DNA of 64,000 nt, taken from Epiperipatus broadwayi (lineage: Eukaryota > Animalia > Onychophora). Of this stretch, positions 27,316-39,887 are shown in pieces. Under the pieces are notes generated by a model, which was given only the letters and a program-made list of their open reading frames with translations, did no database searches and had not been told where the DNA came from. Positions within the stretch are counted from its first letter, which is position 1. Every line of letters starts with the position of its first letter. Position numbers and translations under genes: made by a program. The stretch spans positions 1,550,001 through 1,614,000 of the forward strand of contig JAQFVV010000006.1 of assembly GCA_028023455.1 (NCBI GenBank), in the 5' to 3' direction.

Positions 27316-27494
27316 ACTTTTTTATGTTTTGTATATTTACATACCTGGTAATAAAATATTGATAATATTTACATTTTAATGAGATAAGGGTTTGACATAA
27401 TACCTGTTAGTTAGAGTATTGCCTTAAAATTTAATATTCAACAATCTTAAGGTGCAAGTTCCAATCCTATGCTAATATTGCCCCTGGTCAAGCC

Positions 27495-27547
27495 AGCAAC
27501 ACTTGCAGATGAGTGGAAAATAATACTATTCGAAACGTCTGATTGCT
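27495..27547 (+). ncRNA. Degenerate Penelope-type HHR (separate family)
   Basis: AGCAACA-CUUGCAGA-U-GAGUGG-AAAAUAAUA-CUAUUC-GAAAC-GUC-UGAUUGCU; stems I and II pair, CUGAAGA core mutated. Confidence 0.45.
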
Positions 27548-27949
27548 AACCTATGTTATCTATTTGTATGTTCTTAGTAACAAGTTTTTGTATTTGAAAA
27601 GTTTAAATAAAGTTTAAGGGTTTATTTAAGTTTATCAACTTAACTCTAAAAGGTTAATGGTTAAAATAATTAAATTGTCTCAAGTGGGCAGCAAACAGTT
27701 TAGTATAATGTTAGAGTAATGGTTTCGAGAGATAAAAACTTCTTGGATCAAAATTCAGTTCATCTCATCTGGTGCTAAAAAGCCATTTCAGAATTATCAT
27801 TACTATTGATGATCAGTTAATATTGCTTATTTGTAATAATCAATAGTCTCTGTTTTCAGTCAATATATTAGTTTTTCACCTTTTCATGCATATGTGCATT
27901 ATAATTTAGGTTTTAAATATCCCCCCCCCCTTTTTTTTTGTTACTTTTC

Positions 27950-28300
27950 ATATTTTCAGTACCTTATGTTATTCATATATATATAAATTTTCTTATCATC
28001 TAATATACACTTTAATGCTGTCTTTTTTTAAATATAATTCTTTATTTTGATTAGTTTCAACTGTCCTGCAGTCTTCATCGGAGCTGCAATATTTAAACAT
28101 AATCGTATACTCATATAAGCATTAATTAATATATATTTTTTATAGTACTATTTTATATTATAGTTGAAACTGTAAGCAAAATAAAGAAGGAATTATATAA
28201 AAAAAGATTGCATTAAAGTGTATTATGAGATAATAAGAAAATTTTAATATATATGAAGAGAAATGCAAAAAAAATAAATAAAGAAGATATAAGAATAATA
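27950..28300. mobile_element. Penelope pseudo-LTR fold-back (family C) with degenerate HHR
   Basis: Homologous to 62055-62340; minus motif CCGATGA-A-GACTG-CAGGA-CAGTT-GAAAC at ~28050-28087. Confidence 0.7.
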
Positions 28301-29475
28301 ACCCTATGTTATTCTCACTGTTTATTTGTTTTAAATCATAATATCAATTCCATAGTTATTTTGTTAATTTCTTAAATCCTAAGATATATGATAGACAATT
28401 GGCTATTACTAATAACTTGTACTAGAGCTAAAAGCGTTCGGTTTGAAACTCAACCTATCATTTCTGATGTTCAAATATCACATTAGTCTTTGAGCTAACA
28501 AACATTCATATATTTTCGTCTATATTCGATTGCTTTGGAAGTCACATAATCTTTGAGTTTCCGCAGAACACAATGATATTGGCCCGATTCCTCCTATCGT
28601 CCATTTTTCTCGATTCGAGCTCAATCAGAAACTTTTTGCTCTTCACCCACTCGGTCGTGAACACTGAACCAAACTTTCAGAAGTACACTTTTAAGTTGCG
28701 TACTACTTTTTTTTTAAATTAAAAAAAAATCGCTTAATTGGTTTTATGTTTATTGCTTTTAATGTTTTAAACTCAAACTAATAAACGTATACTAAAGAAA
28801 AGGCAAACCTTCAAATCAACATTTTTTTAAACATCTGTTGTTTTTATGCATTTATTTCCTTAAACTATAATATCAGTTAAGTAGGTTTTTTCCCCCAACA
28901 CTTAAACTCTTGAGAGCATTATTTTACTCGCTGATTAATGTGTTTGTTAATGGAAATAGTTTCACGTTCATTAATCGCAGTTATGAATATATTTTTTTTT
29001 TGTAAACAACTGTCTGGACCATTAATTTTCCAACGAATGCAAACATTACTAAAATAAATCAATAATAATTATTTAGAAAAAAAAAAAGACGAATCCATTG
29101 TTTTAAAAGTTAATTGTTTTGTCAAGTACACAAATAATTGCAAACGTTATGATGGGTAAAATATTGAATATTTAACAAGAATAAATAGTAATCGAATGCT
29201 TAGTTGTTTGGGAGGTCACCTGACCGTCTAGTACCGAAGTTATAAGCTGAGTATTCTTTCAAGAACCATTAGCTCTCAAGATTGTTATTCTGCCACTGCG
29301 GTGGGATTAAAATAATAAAACTATGTATGTGTGTATGCACATATTAAGCTCCTTATTTAAAGGCAGAAAGAGTATTACAATGACTATTTGGTCCCATCAG
29401 TTGTATAATGCAGATCTTGTATATTGTGTATGTGGGTCAGAGAAATATTCACGTGACTTTCTTGATATCTATATT

Positions 29476-29633
29476 TAACCACTTATGCTTGCTCACAACT
29501 GTTATTAAAACAGGCAAAACTCTCCATACAGTAGGCACTAGATAGGATTTTATGCACAAGCCTTCTGGCATCCATTGATTACTCTGGCTTGCACTAAGTG
29601 GCATTACTGTATGGAGAGTTTTGCCTGTTTTAA
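29476..29633. mobile_element. Family A short fold-back, HHR deleted
   Basis: TTAAAACAGGCAAAACTCTCCATACAGTA / TACTGTATGGAGAGTTTTGCCTGTTTTAA perfect inverted arms around family A 3' sequence. Confidence 0.75.
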
Positions 29634-29639
29634 TATCTA

Positions 29640-30030
29640 TATTTATCATCATCATTAAGATCTCTAATTTTAATTCTAGTTTCTCTAATCTCAGGCCTCT
29701 TCTCTAGTATCATAACAGCAAACTCACTTATTTCATTTTCCATCTCGCATGTTTAGGTGTTTTACAATCTCTTGAGATCCATTATACACCATTATCTTTT
29801 CCAGCAATATGTCCATCCCAGTTCCATTAGTCTCTTAGTTTTTTTTAATGATGTCAGTAATGTCTGTTCAATCCCTTCATATTACCCCTACTACATCTCT
29901 CCATATTTCATTATGTAGTCTGAAGTCTCCATAGTGTTCTTTTAAGTATCAAAATCTCCGATCCATAAATAAGAACTGGTGAAATACACTTATTAAAAAT
30001 CTTCCTTTTCAAACACATGGACCATTTTTT
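29640..30030 (-). mobile_element. RTE-like LINE 3' fragment
   Basis: Homologous to 33280-33720 and 47985-48605; (TGA)n tail. Confidence 0.7.
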
Positions 30031-32700
30031 TTTATTTTTTTAATATTGTTATTTCTACCAAAATCATTTCTTGCGAATATATTAATAACTGTCTATGACT
30101 CTGCTCAAATCTAGATTTTTTTTTCTGGATATTCAACCAAGGATCTACATTTGAAGAAATATGCTGTAAAAAAATAGAATCCTCATGAAATTTCCAAACA
30201 AATTTCTTTTCCTAAATTCTATGATAAAACCATCTGGATCTGATCTTCCTAGATGAAATTGGAATTTTATCAAGAGATTCAGGGCAATGCAAGTTCTTTG
30301 AACTCATCTTTTTCATAAATGGAATTTTAGAGTTACTGATGCTTGTTAATATGGAGAAACATTTCTGTTATATCTATGGCTATATGGGGCTATGAAATAT
30401 TTATTAAAGCAATTGGTAAATTTATGTTTTAGTTGGAATTTAATTTCTGATGGTTTCTTTATAATATATCCATAAGAATTAAGTTGTCCCAAAGAAAGAC
30501 TCCATATGCTAAATAAATAAGTAATAATAAATTGGGAGGGTGTTGTTGAGGAAGAGAGTACAGTGGATAGCTACAATCAAGTAAAGTATTGCAACTTTTT
30601 TTTTGTGTGAGAAAAGTTTAATAGTAGAGGAAGTTAGAAGAAAACACAGCATTGTTATCAGGTAATCAGACTTCTGGATGACTATGTAGCAGTATTTGTG
30701 GATCTTGTATTGGTTTGGATATTCATCTGACCTTCATCTTGGTCTTATGTTCTGGAGTTAGAATGACCATACTCATTTGCAATTCATAGTTAATGATGAT
30801 CATGTACGTAGTTATAGTTATGGTGGTAAACTTATGTGACCCATGTGAGTTTAGTCTTAATCAAATTCCATTGCTTACCACATAATACAATACTTCGTCA
30901 ATCTGTAGATCACTAATTGTTCACAAATATTTTAAATAAGTCATACCCTAAGGGAATATTTAGAAAATATTTTGAAGCCATTTCCAGTGGGGTGATACTG
31001 GAAAATTTATTGGAAAAGTTACTTTATCTTAGCAGATGCTGTCTTGCTAATGGTAATGCTAGCAAAGGGATTCTTCTTCGATGCTTAAATTTGACTTGAG
31101 ACTATTGTTGCCTGATGCAATACCTCCAAATAACTTTCAAGGCATTTTTCTGCTGCCCAGCTTGAGCAATTCCTTAAACCTGGAGGTCAGTGAGGAGAAT
31201 AGCAAGGAGTTGGGGAAGTACCAAAGATGAGTTGTCATTTGAATACCTAGAAGAGGTATGCAATGAAGAAGCCCTGAATCAGAAGATGGATACTGGTGAT
31301 AAGGGGGGGGGATTGGGAGAAAAAAAGGCATTCTGCAGGGGATTTTAAGTTTTCTTTAATATAAATAATGTATCTAAAATCTTAAAGATGATACTTTGTT
31401 AGTTCCCTTTTAGATCTAAAAAAAACCAGAAACAGGTGGTCTCTGTGTATTTGTTTTTTAATAAGGATCCTAAAGATGAACTGATTGATGATCTGTTTAG
31501 TTAAAATGAATAGGAATGACAACTTCTTTCATCTCTGTGTGACTTTATTTTGAACAATAATTGTTATTAGAATAAGTTTATATATATTTTTAATGAATTA
31601 TTATTTTTTTAAATCAAAATTTTTAAGTTTAGATGCATGGGCAATGCTATGTGCCGTATAAAACTTTAATATGTAAAAGATTTAATGCCATATGTATTTT
31701 TGCACTTATATGCTAGACTTGCATTAACATTTTTTTCTATTTAAATAATTGTGTTAGAGAATAACTTTGCTGTAGGTCTGGAATGGATTATCTCCAAATT
31801 GCAAGCCTTTCTATATACTATGGAGTTATTTTAGAAAATGTGCTTTTGGAACCAATTACATTCATCATATGATATATCCTTACAAATTTAAATTTAAAAA
31901 TGATATATTTTTAAAAAAGTCAATCATTTTGAATAAATTGTGTCAAATAAAATAAATGGAATTTATAAGTTCTTCTTTATACTTGAAATCACATGAATAC
32001 TTATGTTTCCATCTATAAAGTGAATATTTATAAAACCTGCATTTGAAATAAGTTTATTAAATTTTAAATATTTTTAATCTTGTTATCACAAAACGTATTA
32101 TATTGACAGTTCATGATGAATTTCAATCCATGTTTTATTCACGAATACAAAAAATATTGAGATTAATATCAGCTGGGAAGTAACAGATTATCTGTTATCC
32201 TATTGGTTGAAATTAACTGGAAATAAGTTAAATTCTTTTATTATTGCAAATGGGGGGGAAAATGTATGGAAAATATTTTATTATTTTTACATTTATATAA
32301 AAATTAAAAAATAATTAAAAAAAGTGACTGTGTTAATTAATATATTTATGCAAATTATTTTAATAAATAGACAAACTATTATGCAAATATCAGCAATAAA
32401 ATTTTAAATAAGATATTCCAATATGCTAAAACCATTATATTAAATGAATTAAACGTTGTTTATTTTAAAACTATTAAAAATAATTTTACATAAATCAAAT
32501 GCTTAAAAAAAGTTATTAAAAATCATATTCATTTTTTGTAAAAAAAAAAATGCTTAAAATATTAATTATTTGTGGTATGTAAGTTTATTAATGTTTTGTA
32601 TTTGTAATAAGATATATGGAAATATATCACTGATAAATGATTAAATAAAACCAATTTAAAAATGCAGTTATAATTAAATGGAAAACAGCTTACTATATAT

Positions 32701-33060
32701 ATTATTCTACACGAATAAAGCGTGATAAACAGAGCACAAAAACATTAATTATAAACAACAATTAGCCAAGTGCTTTCGGTACTGTATACCAGAATCATGA
32801 CGACATACTGGAACTGAACGGTTAATATTCCAGTGCATGCTCAGAAGGAAGTTGAAAAAGGCTTGGTTTATTGCGAAGTCTAAAAACGTTATTAATCAGC
32901 GTAACACTAGTGTTCCACTGAGCATGCACTGGAATATTAACCATTCAGTTCCAGTATGTCTCATGATTCTAGTATACAGTACCGAAAGCGCTTGGCTAAT
33001 TGTTATTTATAATTAATGTTTTTGTGCTCTGTTTATCACACTTTATTCATGTAGAATAAT
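32701..33060. repeat. Recent ~143-bp inverted repeat (arms 32701-32844 and 32918-33060), probable Penelope pLTR fold-back
   Basis: Arms match with few mismatches; each contains a CATGA...GGTA/AGTA-TACAG-TACC-GAAAG(C/T)GC motif reminiscent of a decayed PLE ribozyme. Confidence 0.7.
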
Positions 33061-33279
33061 TTTCATTATCTGACAGAGTTTTTATATTATTTATTTACTA
33101 TATATATATAAAGCAATAATTAAAAACAAAATGAGGAAACTAATAGATTTTCTGTTAGTATTGCTATTATTAAATAAGCACACATATATGTAAATGATAT
33201 TAGTAAGGTCGGTTGAAAGTTTCAAGTTATGAGTTCAGGTTTCCTTTTTTTCCTGATGGTTTCTATGCTTTTCCATAAG

Positions 33280-33720
33280 TACATCATCATCATCATCAAC
33301 CATTATCAATCCTTTCTGCAGGAGGACCATCCCCGATCTTTAGCTTCTCCACATCACCCCTGCACACCTTCTTATTTCATCCATCCATCTCACATGTTGT
33401 GCATTTCTGGGTCTTTTACAATATCTTGGAATCCAGTTTAATATTTCAATTGTTCATCTATTATCTCTTCTAGCAATATGTCCAGCCCAACTCCACTTCA
33501 GTCTTTTAATTTTTTCAATGAGGTCAATAACACCTGTTTGTTCTCTTACCCATATATTGCGTTTTCGATCTCTTGTTACTCCTAACATGCATCTCTCCAT
33601 ACTTTTTTGAGTGGTCTGAAATCTCTGTATTGCTCTTCTATTAAGTATCCAAGTCTCAGATCCATAAGTAAGAACTGGTAAACACATTTTTTAAAAACCT
33701 TTCTTTTCAAACACATAGAA
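33280..33720 (-). mobile_element. RTE-like LINE 3' fragment
   Basis: LPVLTYGSETW...MERCMLGVTRDRKRNIWVREQTGVIDLIEKIKRLKWSWAGHIARR; (TGA)n tail. Confidence 0.9.
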
Positions 33721-34051
33721 AGATAAAGCTCGGTCGCACCAAACTATATTCCTTAAGTACACTTGGTATTAAATATAATCATGTTTTTTTTTTTTTTATT
33801 TAGCAAGAAAACAATTTCCTTTTTTTTTTTAATTTAAAAAGTGCAGTCACCCTAATTAAAGTGTTAAATTTACTAACTCACCACAAATAATAATAGTCAT
33901 GATTAATAATATTTACTGAGGCTATAACCTCGATAATATGTGTATAAAATGCGATAGTAGGGACCTCTACAGGTATTTTAACCACAAGCTTATGCTATGG
34001 AAGAAAAGAGGGGAACCCTTCTTTACTTCAACCTACTTTCTATTTAAATAG

Positions 34052-34114
34052 GTGAAGCTGAAGCGGTTCGATCTGCGAGCGTGAAGCTATTCAATACTTC
34101 ACTGATTGCAGAAG
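34052..34114 (+). CDS. Candidate 63-bp internal exon, unidentified (G)EAEAVRSASVKLFNTSLIAE
   Basis: TAAATAG acceptor, AG/GTACAT donor, one stop-free frame (phase 1-1), GC-richer than flanks; no homology recognised. Confidence 0.3.
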
Positions 34115-34645
34115 GTACATATATTCTTAATATATTTTGTTAAAAGTGTACAGTTAATTATGGTTCATCTTTTTTAAAAAAGACATATAGTTTCAGCAAC
34201 TCATTGAATATTATAGATAAGAACAATTTAGTGATTATTTAGAGAAAGATGGATGAATTAGATGTTTCAGTCTTAATCTTCTTATTAAAAAATTAAAATA
34301 AATTTCTTTACCCGTGTTGACAAAAGCTATTATTCGTAGCCAGTAAAAACTGCCTCCATTTTGCTGTAATGAATTTTTTATGACTTATCATTTTAAAAAT
34401 AAATATTTTCAAATAAAATATAATTGAAGTCATTTAGAATTTTGGTTTAAAATAACTACATTACAAAATATTGCATAAATAAGCTTAAATATGTAAACAA
34501 ATTATTGTACAGTTTTTCTTTTTGAAATGACAAATTTAATAAAGTAGCCTTAGGTCAAACAATCCACCAATCAGAAATTGTCATTTCTATTGAGATCAAA
34601 ATGAGGCCGGTCAGGCATCTGTCATATACAAATTATATATTCTAA

Positions 34646-35190
34646 TTTGATGTGATGCACTGTGACTTCTCCTTAAATGAAGTCAGGAATCTCTTAGCAA
34701 CTATGCCCAGAGAAACCTGTTAGCCACTTTACCTTCCATTCCCCACTCTAAGTTTTCCCATATTCTGCTCCATCCCATTTCCACAACATAATCTTTGTCA
34801 ACTCTATGGCTTTTATATCTAAATCCCCCTTATCTTTTCCCAAACCCAGCATAAAAACCAATAAGCCACTTTCTGTATAATCACTTTGTTCATATTTATT
34901 CTTCCATAAGTTCATTATTTGTATCCTTTCTGTTTTCAAGCATTTACATTCAATTAACAGATGCCTAATATTTTCTTTTCCTTCTTACACAATTTACAGA
35001 CTAAATCACCTATATTTTTTTATTTTACATGTATATTCTCTTGTTGCTAAAGATCCCGTTCGAGCCTTAAATAATAAACTACTTTCCTTACTATTATCAT
35101 ATATTAACTCACATCTAATGTTCTGTTTACTTCTATATAAATTTAAACACTTTTTACTCTCCAAACTAATTCTCCATTTCTCTAACTCCC
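34646..35190 (-). mobile_element. 3' fragment of the LINE family seen at 1400-3610
   Basis: KTERIQIMNLWKNKYEQSDYTESGLLVFMLGLGKDKGDLDIKAIELTKIMLWKWDG matches ORF 3286-3480; same (CATCA)n tail. Confidence 0.9.
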
Positions 35191-35751
35191 TATTCTTTAT
35201 GTGTTTGTAATAAATACCATTTCTTTCTACACTTTTTCAAAGAACTATTTTCAGGCAGACTCATAAAGCATCATTTTAATAAACTTGCAAATACAATTTT
35301 ACTTTTTATCTATCAATGTTCAGTCATTCATTCAGTCTGATATTTTCTCTTTTTATCAGACCGAGTGAACGGCCATTGATATATGAACAGTAAAATTATG
35401 TTTGCAAGTTTATTGAAATAATTTGTTATGAATTTTTTTGAGAATAATTCTTACTAATGTATTTGAATGAAAGTGTTGTTATGCTATGATTACAATACCA
35501 AACGTTACATATTTAAGCTTTAGTAAAAGTTATTTATGTGTGGTTGAAATTAGTAACTTTTTCAAAGATAACTTTACTGATTTTTGATTTGCAAACACTA
35601 ACAAATTATTGCAAGTAATAGAATCATTAAATTAATTTTTAACAATTAATTTTACTCATATCAATTCATTCTTGCATCATGAACTTTGAATTTTTGTTTT
35701 AAAAAAAAACAGCCACACATAGCCAACAAGGTTAAATTAATTCTCCACACA

Positions 35752-36000
35752 TTTTTCTTTTTGAGCAACCTATTTCAATATTGGAAAATGGAAGTTGTCC
35801 ACATGATATATTTTATCTGAACCAGTCATTTCAAATCTGCCAAGCACATATTCAATTTTAGACCCTGAGTCACTCATTTTTCCTTTCGAGCAACCTTTTT
35901 CAATATTAGAAAATGGAAGTTGGCCACATAATATGTTTCATTTAAACCAGTCACTTCAAATCTGTCAAGCACATATTAAATTTAAGACCCTGAGTCAAAA
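35752..36000. repeat. Tandem duplication, ~123-bp unit x2
   Basis: GAGCAACCT..TTCAATATT.GAAAATGGAAGTTG.CCACAT...AGACCCTGAGTCA repeated. Confidence 0.8.
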
Positions 36001-39000
36001 ATTTATCACTCCCAGAGTTAAGTCACAAATGATCATGAAGGTGAAGTCTAAATTCAGGTGAAAGAAGATATTACTACTAGACAGCAATGTTGGCTTTTAA
36101 CACTAAACAATCTAGTAGCTGGAAAATCTTGTTAGAGCATAGTATTTACAATAACTATACTTTAATATACTAAATTAACAAAGCGTATGCCACACTTTTT
36201 TTTATTAAACTTTCAAAAGTGGAATAAAGCTTGATAGGAGTGCAGTTGCTAATTTTAAAGATAGCTAGGCTGAGTCTAAAAGTAATGCCAAAACTAGAAG
36301 ATCACTTAACTACAAGCCTTAAATATTTACAAACTCTGTGGGGCTTAGATACAGATTTGTTCCAGATATAAGAAGGCTCAAAGACATTGAACTTGAAAGC
36401 GATAAAATGAAGAAGCCTAAAGTATGTGAAATGTTGAATGATTATGGTAATCATCAGTCTATATAGGCAAAGCCAAATTTAAATTAAAGAAAAGTCATAA
36501 TCCTGGCTCACGTAGACATGTTTACATGGAAACTGACCATGGAGTTGAGCAGCCGGTGTAGATTACGAAAGAAAGCATTAGAGATATTGAAGTGTAAGAA
36601 TTTTTGTGGTTGGCGATGCTGAAAGAATTTTAGGTGATGTGATATATATATACTAAGGTTGCAAAGATCACTGGGGAATGAATGTTATGCAATGTATGTG
36701 TGTCTTTTAGACATTTGTTCATTGTGTTATATATATACAACCACATATACATAAGTAGATAAAAAAAACTCGTCAGGTGTAATCTTAATCTTTAAACTCA
36801 AATGTTTTTTTAATTTATAGCTCTGAGGAAAAGCAGTTTACATGGATTTTAGTCGCCCATGAATTACTATAATTTTAATTCTAAAGTTGTAATTTGCAGG
36901 AATTTGGCTTAGGTCGAATCCACCATTTCGTAAAAAAAAAAAAAAAAGAAAAAAGTATTTTTTACTGTTTGTTGTGATTCGCCATTGATCATTAGAACTC
37001 AAATGACTTTCCTAGTTGTTGATGCAAAATGTCAAAAGATTAACATACTTAACATTCTTTTGTAAAATTAGATCGAGTGAAAAATCTTTTCGTAGAGGGG
37101 ATAAGCACATCTAACAATTTCCTGTGAAACTGTTAATAATTGTTTTAATTTATCAAGTTAATATTTGCAATCTCTAACATATACATGTATAAAAGTCGTT
37201 TGGTGCAGTAGTAGAGTTGGAATTTCGGAAACTCAAGCCCCTTGGATCACACCCCAGATCAGTTGTCTTCAGTTAACATTTCCACTTTTTTTTTATTTTT
37301 TTAGTGTAAGGGACCCAATACCCCTATGTTGTGGCTCAGATCTTTCATCCCCTATTAATATTTCCAGTTTCTAATATTTTTTTTTTTTGCTGCATTTGAT
37401 ATAAGATATTGAAGTTGTTTGATGTGTTGTTGATGAGCCAGTCTTTAAGGTTCTTGAATTATGACTCAAATTTGTCACATTCCATATTAATGCTGTTGAT
37501 GTAAAGTATACAAATCATCTGACATAGTGTGAATAGTAGTATTGAAAGTTCAACCACTTTTGGATTGTAGCTCTGTCATCTTCGGTTAATATTTTCATAA
37601 TACTTTCTTGATGTATTTGATGTAAAATACGATGGTTGGTGCATTGGTAGAGTGTCAATCCCCAAAATTCAATTTTTAATGCATTGGTAGAGTGTCAATC
37701 CCCAAGTCATTCATTTACTATAAAAGGAAGTTCACTTTGTGTTTTGCAGAGTTCATTACAAAATGTATCATCAGTGGGTGTGTATGCACTTTTTTAAAAT
37801 TTAAATTAGAGAATAAACTTAAAAGATAAAATCAGTTTTTAAATATCCCCTTTAAGGATAAGGGCCTGTACACCAACACCCGTAAATGAACAGTGAAAGG
37901 GCAATCATGGCTTAGTTGATTGAATATTGAGTAATCATGATTTTTACATCAGTGGTTTACCATCTAGTTGGAACTAGAATACTAGAATAACAAGATACCC
38001 ATTTGCCAAGCAGGATTTGGATTATTAAATGGATTGATTTGAAATAGCCATCTAATCAAAGTGAAATTCCAAGCTTGATTGGAATCTGCAAGACATTTTA
38101 AATTTTATCTGGATGAAATTAGAACCCCAGGTCATGGGCATGGCATATACATTTTCCTTTGATGCACTTTCACTCCAAGTGTAAGCAAATGTAAACAGAC
38201 AAAACTTTCTAGAATCAGTATAAATAATTTTACTACATATTAAATATATAATACATAAACCAAAATTGGAAGTATTAAATATTTTATATTTGTTCATTAA
38301 TTATATATATATAAAACAGGTACTGTGGGCAGGCTAATCACATGGTTTATTTATGATAGATGATTGATATTGTATAGCGGTATAGTATTATATTTGTAAT
38401 ATTTTATTGGTTACCTGACTTTAAATTTTAGGAGCATATACTTCATTAATCAAACACATATTCTTGAATTGGCAAAAGTGAAAAGCATTAAATACGCCAT
38501 GGTGAATAAAGTTATCTCTTACCAGTCCATTAAAGAGAAACATTTTGTATTTTTATAATGAAATCTTGCTTTTGTTAATCACTTGTCTTCACCGTTTTTC
38601 TTCCAATTTATTAAAGTTGATAATGTCGCATTTAAATACTGAGAGTTGTTTTTCCAATTTATGCAGTTTTTTTTTCACTTGAAATGATCTGCAGTTGTAA
38701 ATAGGTAAATTACAGTTGACCATTGAATTTGGCATGATTTATAACCTGAGCACTTTTAGCATTTTCTCTTCAGATTCTCTGGCCTTGATTGATAATTTTA
38801 GGCATGATTTATAATCTGGACACTCGTAGAATCCTTTTTTAGAGCCCCTGGCCATGATTGACAATTTTACCACTTCTAGGACATAAATACCATTAGATTT
38901 TCTTTTCCCTACCGAGATTGTAATTAGAAAATCAAACGATTATACACTGCCTTTACGACAATCCAGTCACTATCTCCGTTAAAAGCTATCACAACTAAAA

Positions 39001-39263
39001 TCCAGTAAACTCTTCATGGTAGCATTTGTGAGCAGTTGAGACCCTCATTCGTGTTTCTTATCTATATGATTCATCATACTGTAATAACTATAATTATAAA
39101 ATAAATAGAATGGATGATAATAATTTTCTATCGTTCGCTAAGGTCTCAAAATAATTCAAGTACACCTTTTTTAAAGTAATACAAAAATATACTGTTATTA
39201 TACTATTAATTTATCACCATTATGCAATATCATTTAGGTAAAATTGTAATGTGCTTTAACTTT

Positions 39264-39371
39264 TTTTTTCCATATGTCATAGCATTGGCCGGGACGCGAA
39301 CCCACAACCGTCTGCAAACGACTACTTGCTTGCATGGCGGCTGCGATACCTCTCGGCTAACAACGCAAGAC
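39264..39371 (-). mobile_element. tRNA-like short retroposon, copy 2
   Basis: A-box TAGCCGAGAGGT, B-box GGTTCGCGTCCC, oligo(A), 15-bp TSD ATGTGCTTTAACTTT (39249-39263, 39372-39386). Confidence 0.85.
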
Positions 39372-39887
39372 ATGTGCTTTAACTTTACGATAATATTTTT
39401 ATTTAATCTGGAATACAAGGTAATGAACGCAGTTTAGTAAAAAATAATTATATGCATATTGAAATCTTAAAACATCGTTTCAATTGTCTTAATTTTTAGT
39501 ATATATTTTGTCCGTTGCCCCTTTTTTTAGGCTTGCTACAACAATTTCCAAAGTGAATAGTTTGTAAAATTATGTGAAATAAAATCATCCTTCAGCTCTT
39601 TGCCATTTTCTACAGTCTAACTGTAAATGCGGTTGTTTGAGAGATGTGCTGCATACGGGAGAGTCACATCTATTCTCTTGAATGTTAAATCATTGCAAGC
39701 ATTAGTCATGCAAATTTGTGTGATACTTGCATGGATTAACTTGCCTTATTAAGAAAAAGCTGATAGACTAGGAGTTGTGGCAAACTGCTAGAATACTGAA
39801 GCATTTTTAAACATAAATGTTTTCAAAGAGCAATATATTGGATTACTTCACAAAGAATGTTGCAAGTTATCATGAAATGTTCTAGAT

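Noticed and set aside
39230-39437. Overlapping ORFs on both strands (62-71 aa)
   Set aside because: They arise from the GC-richer tRNA-like insertion and its TSD; no protein motif.
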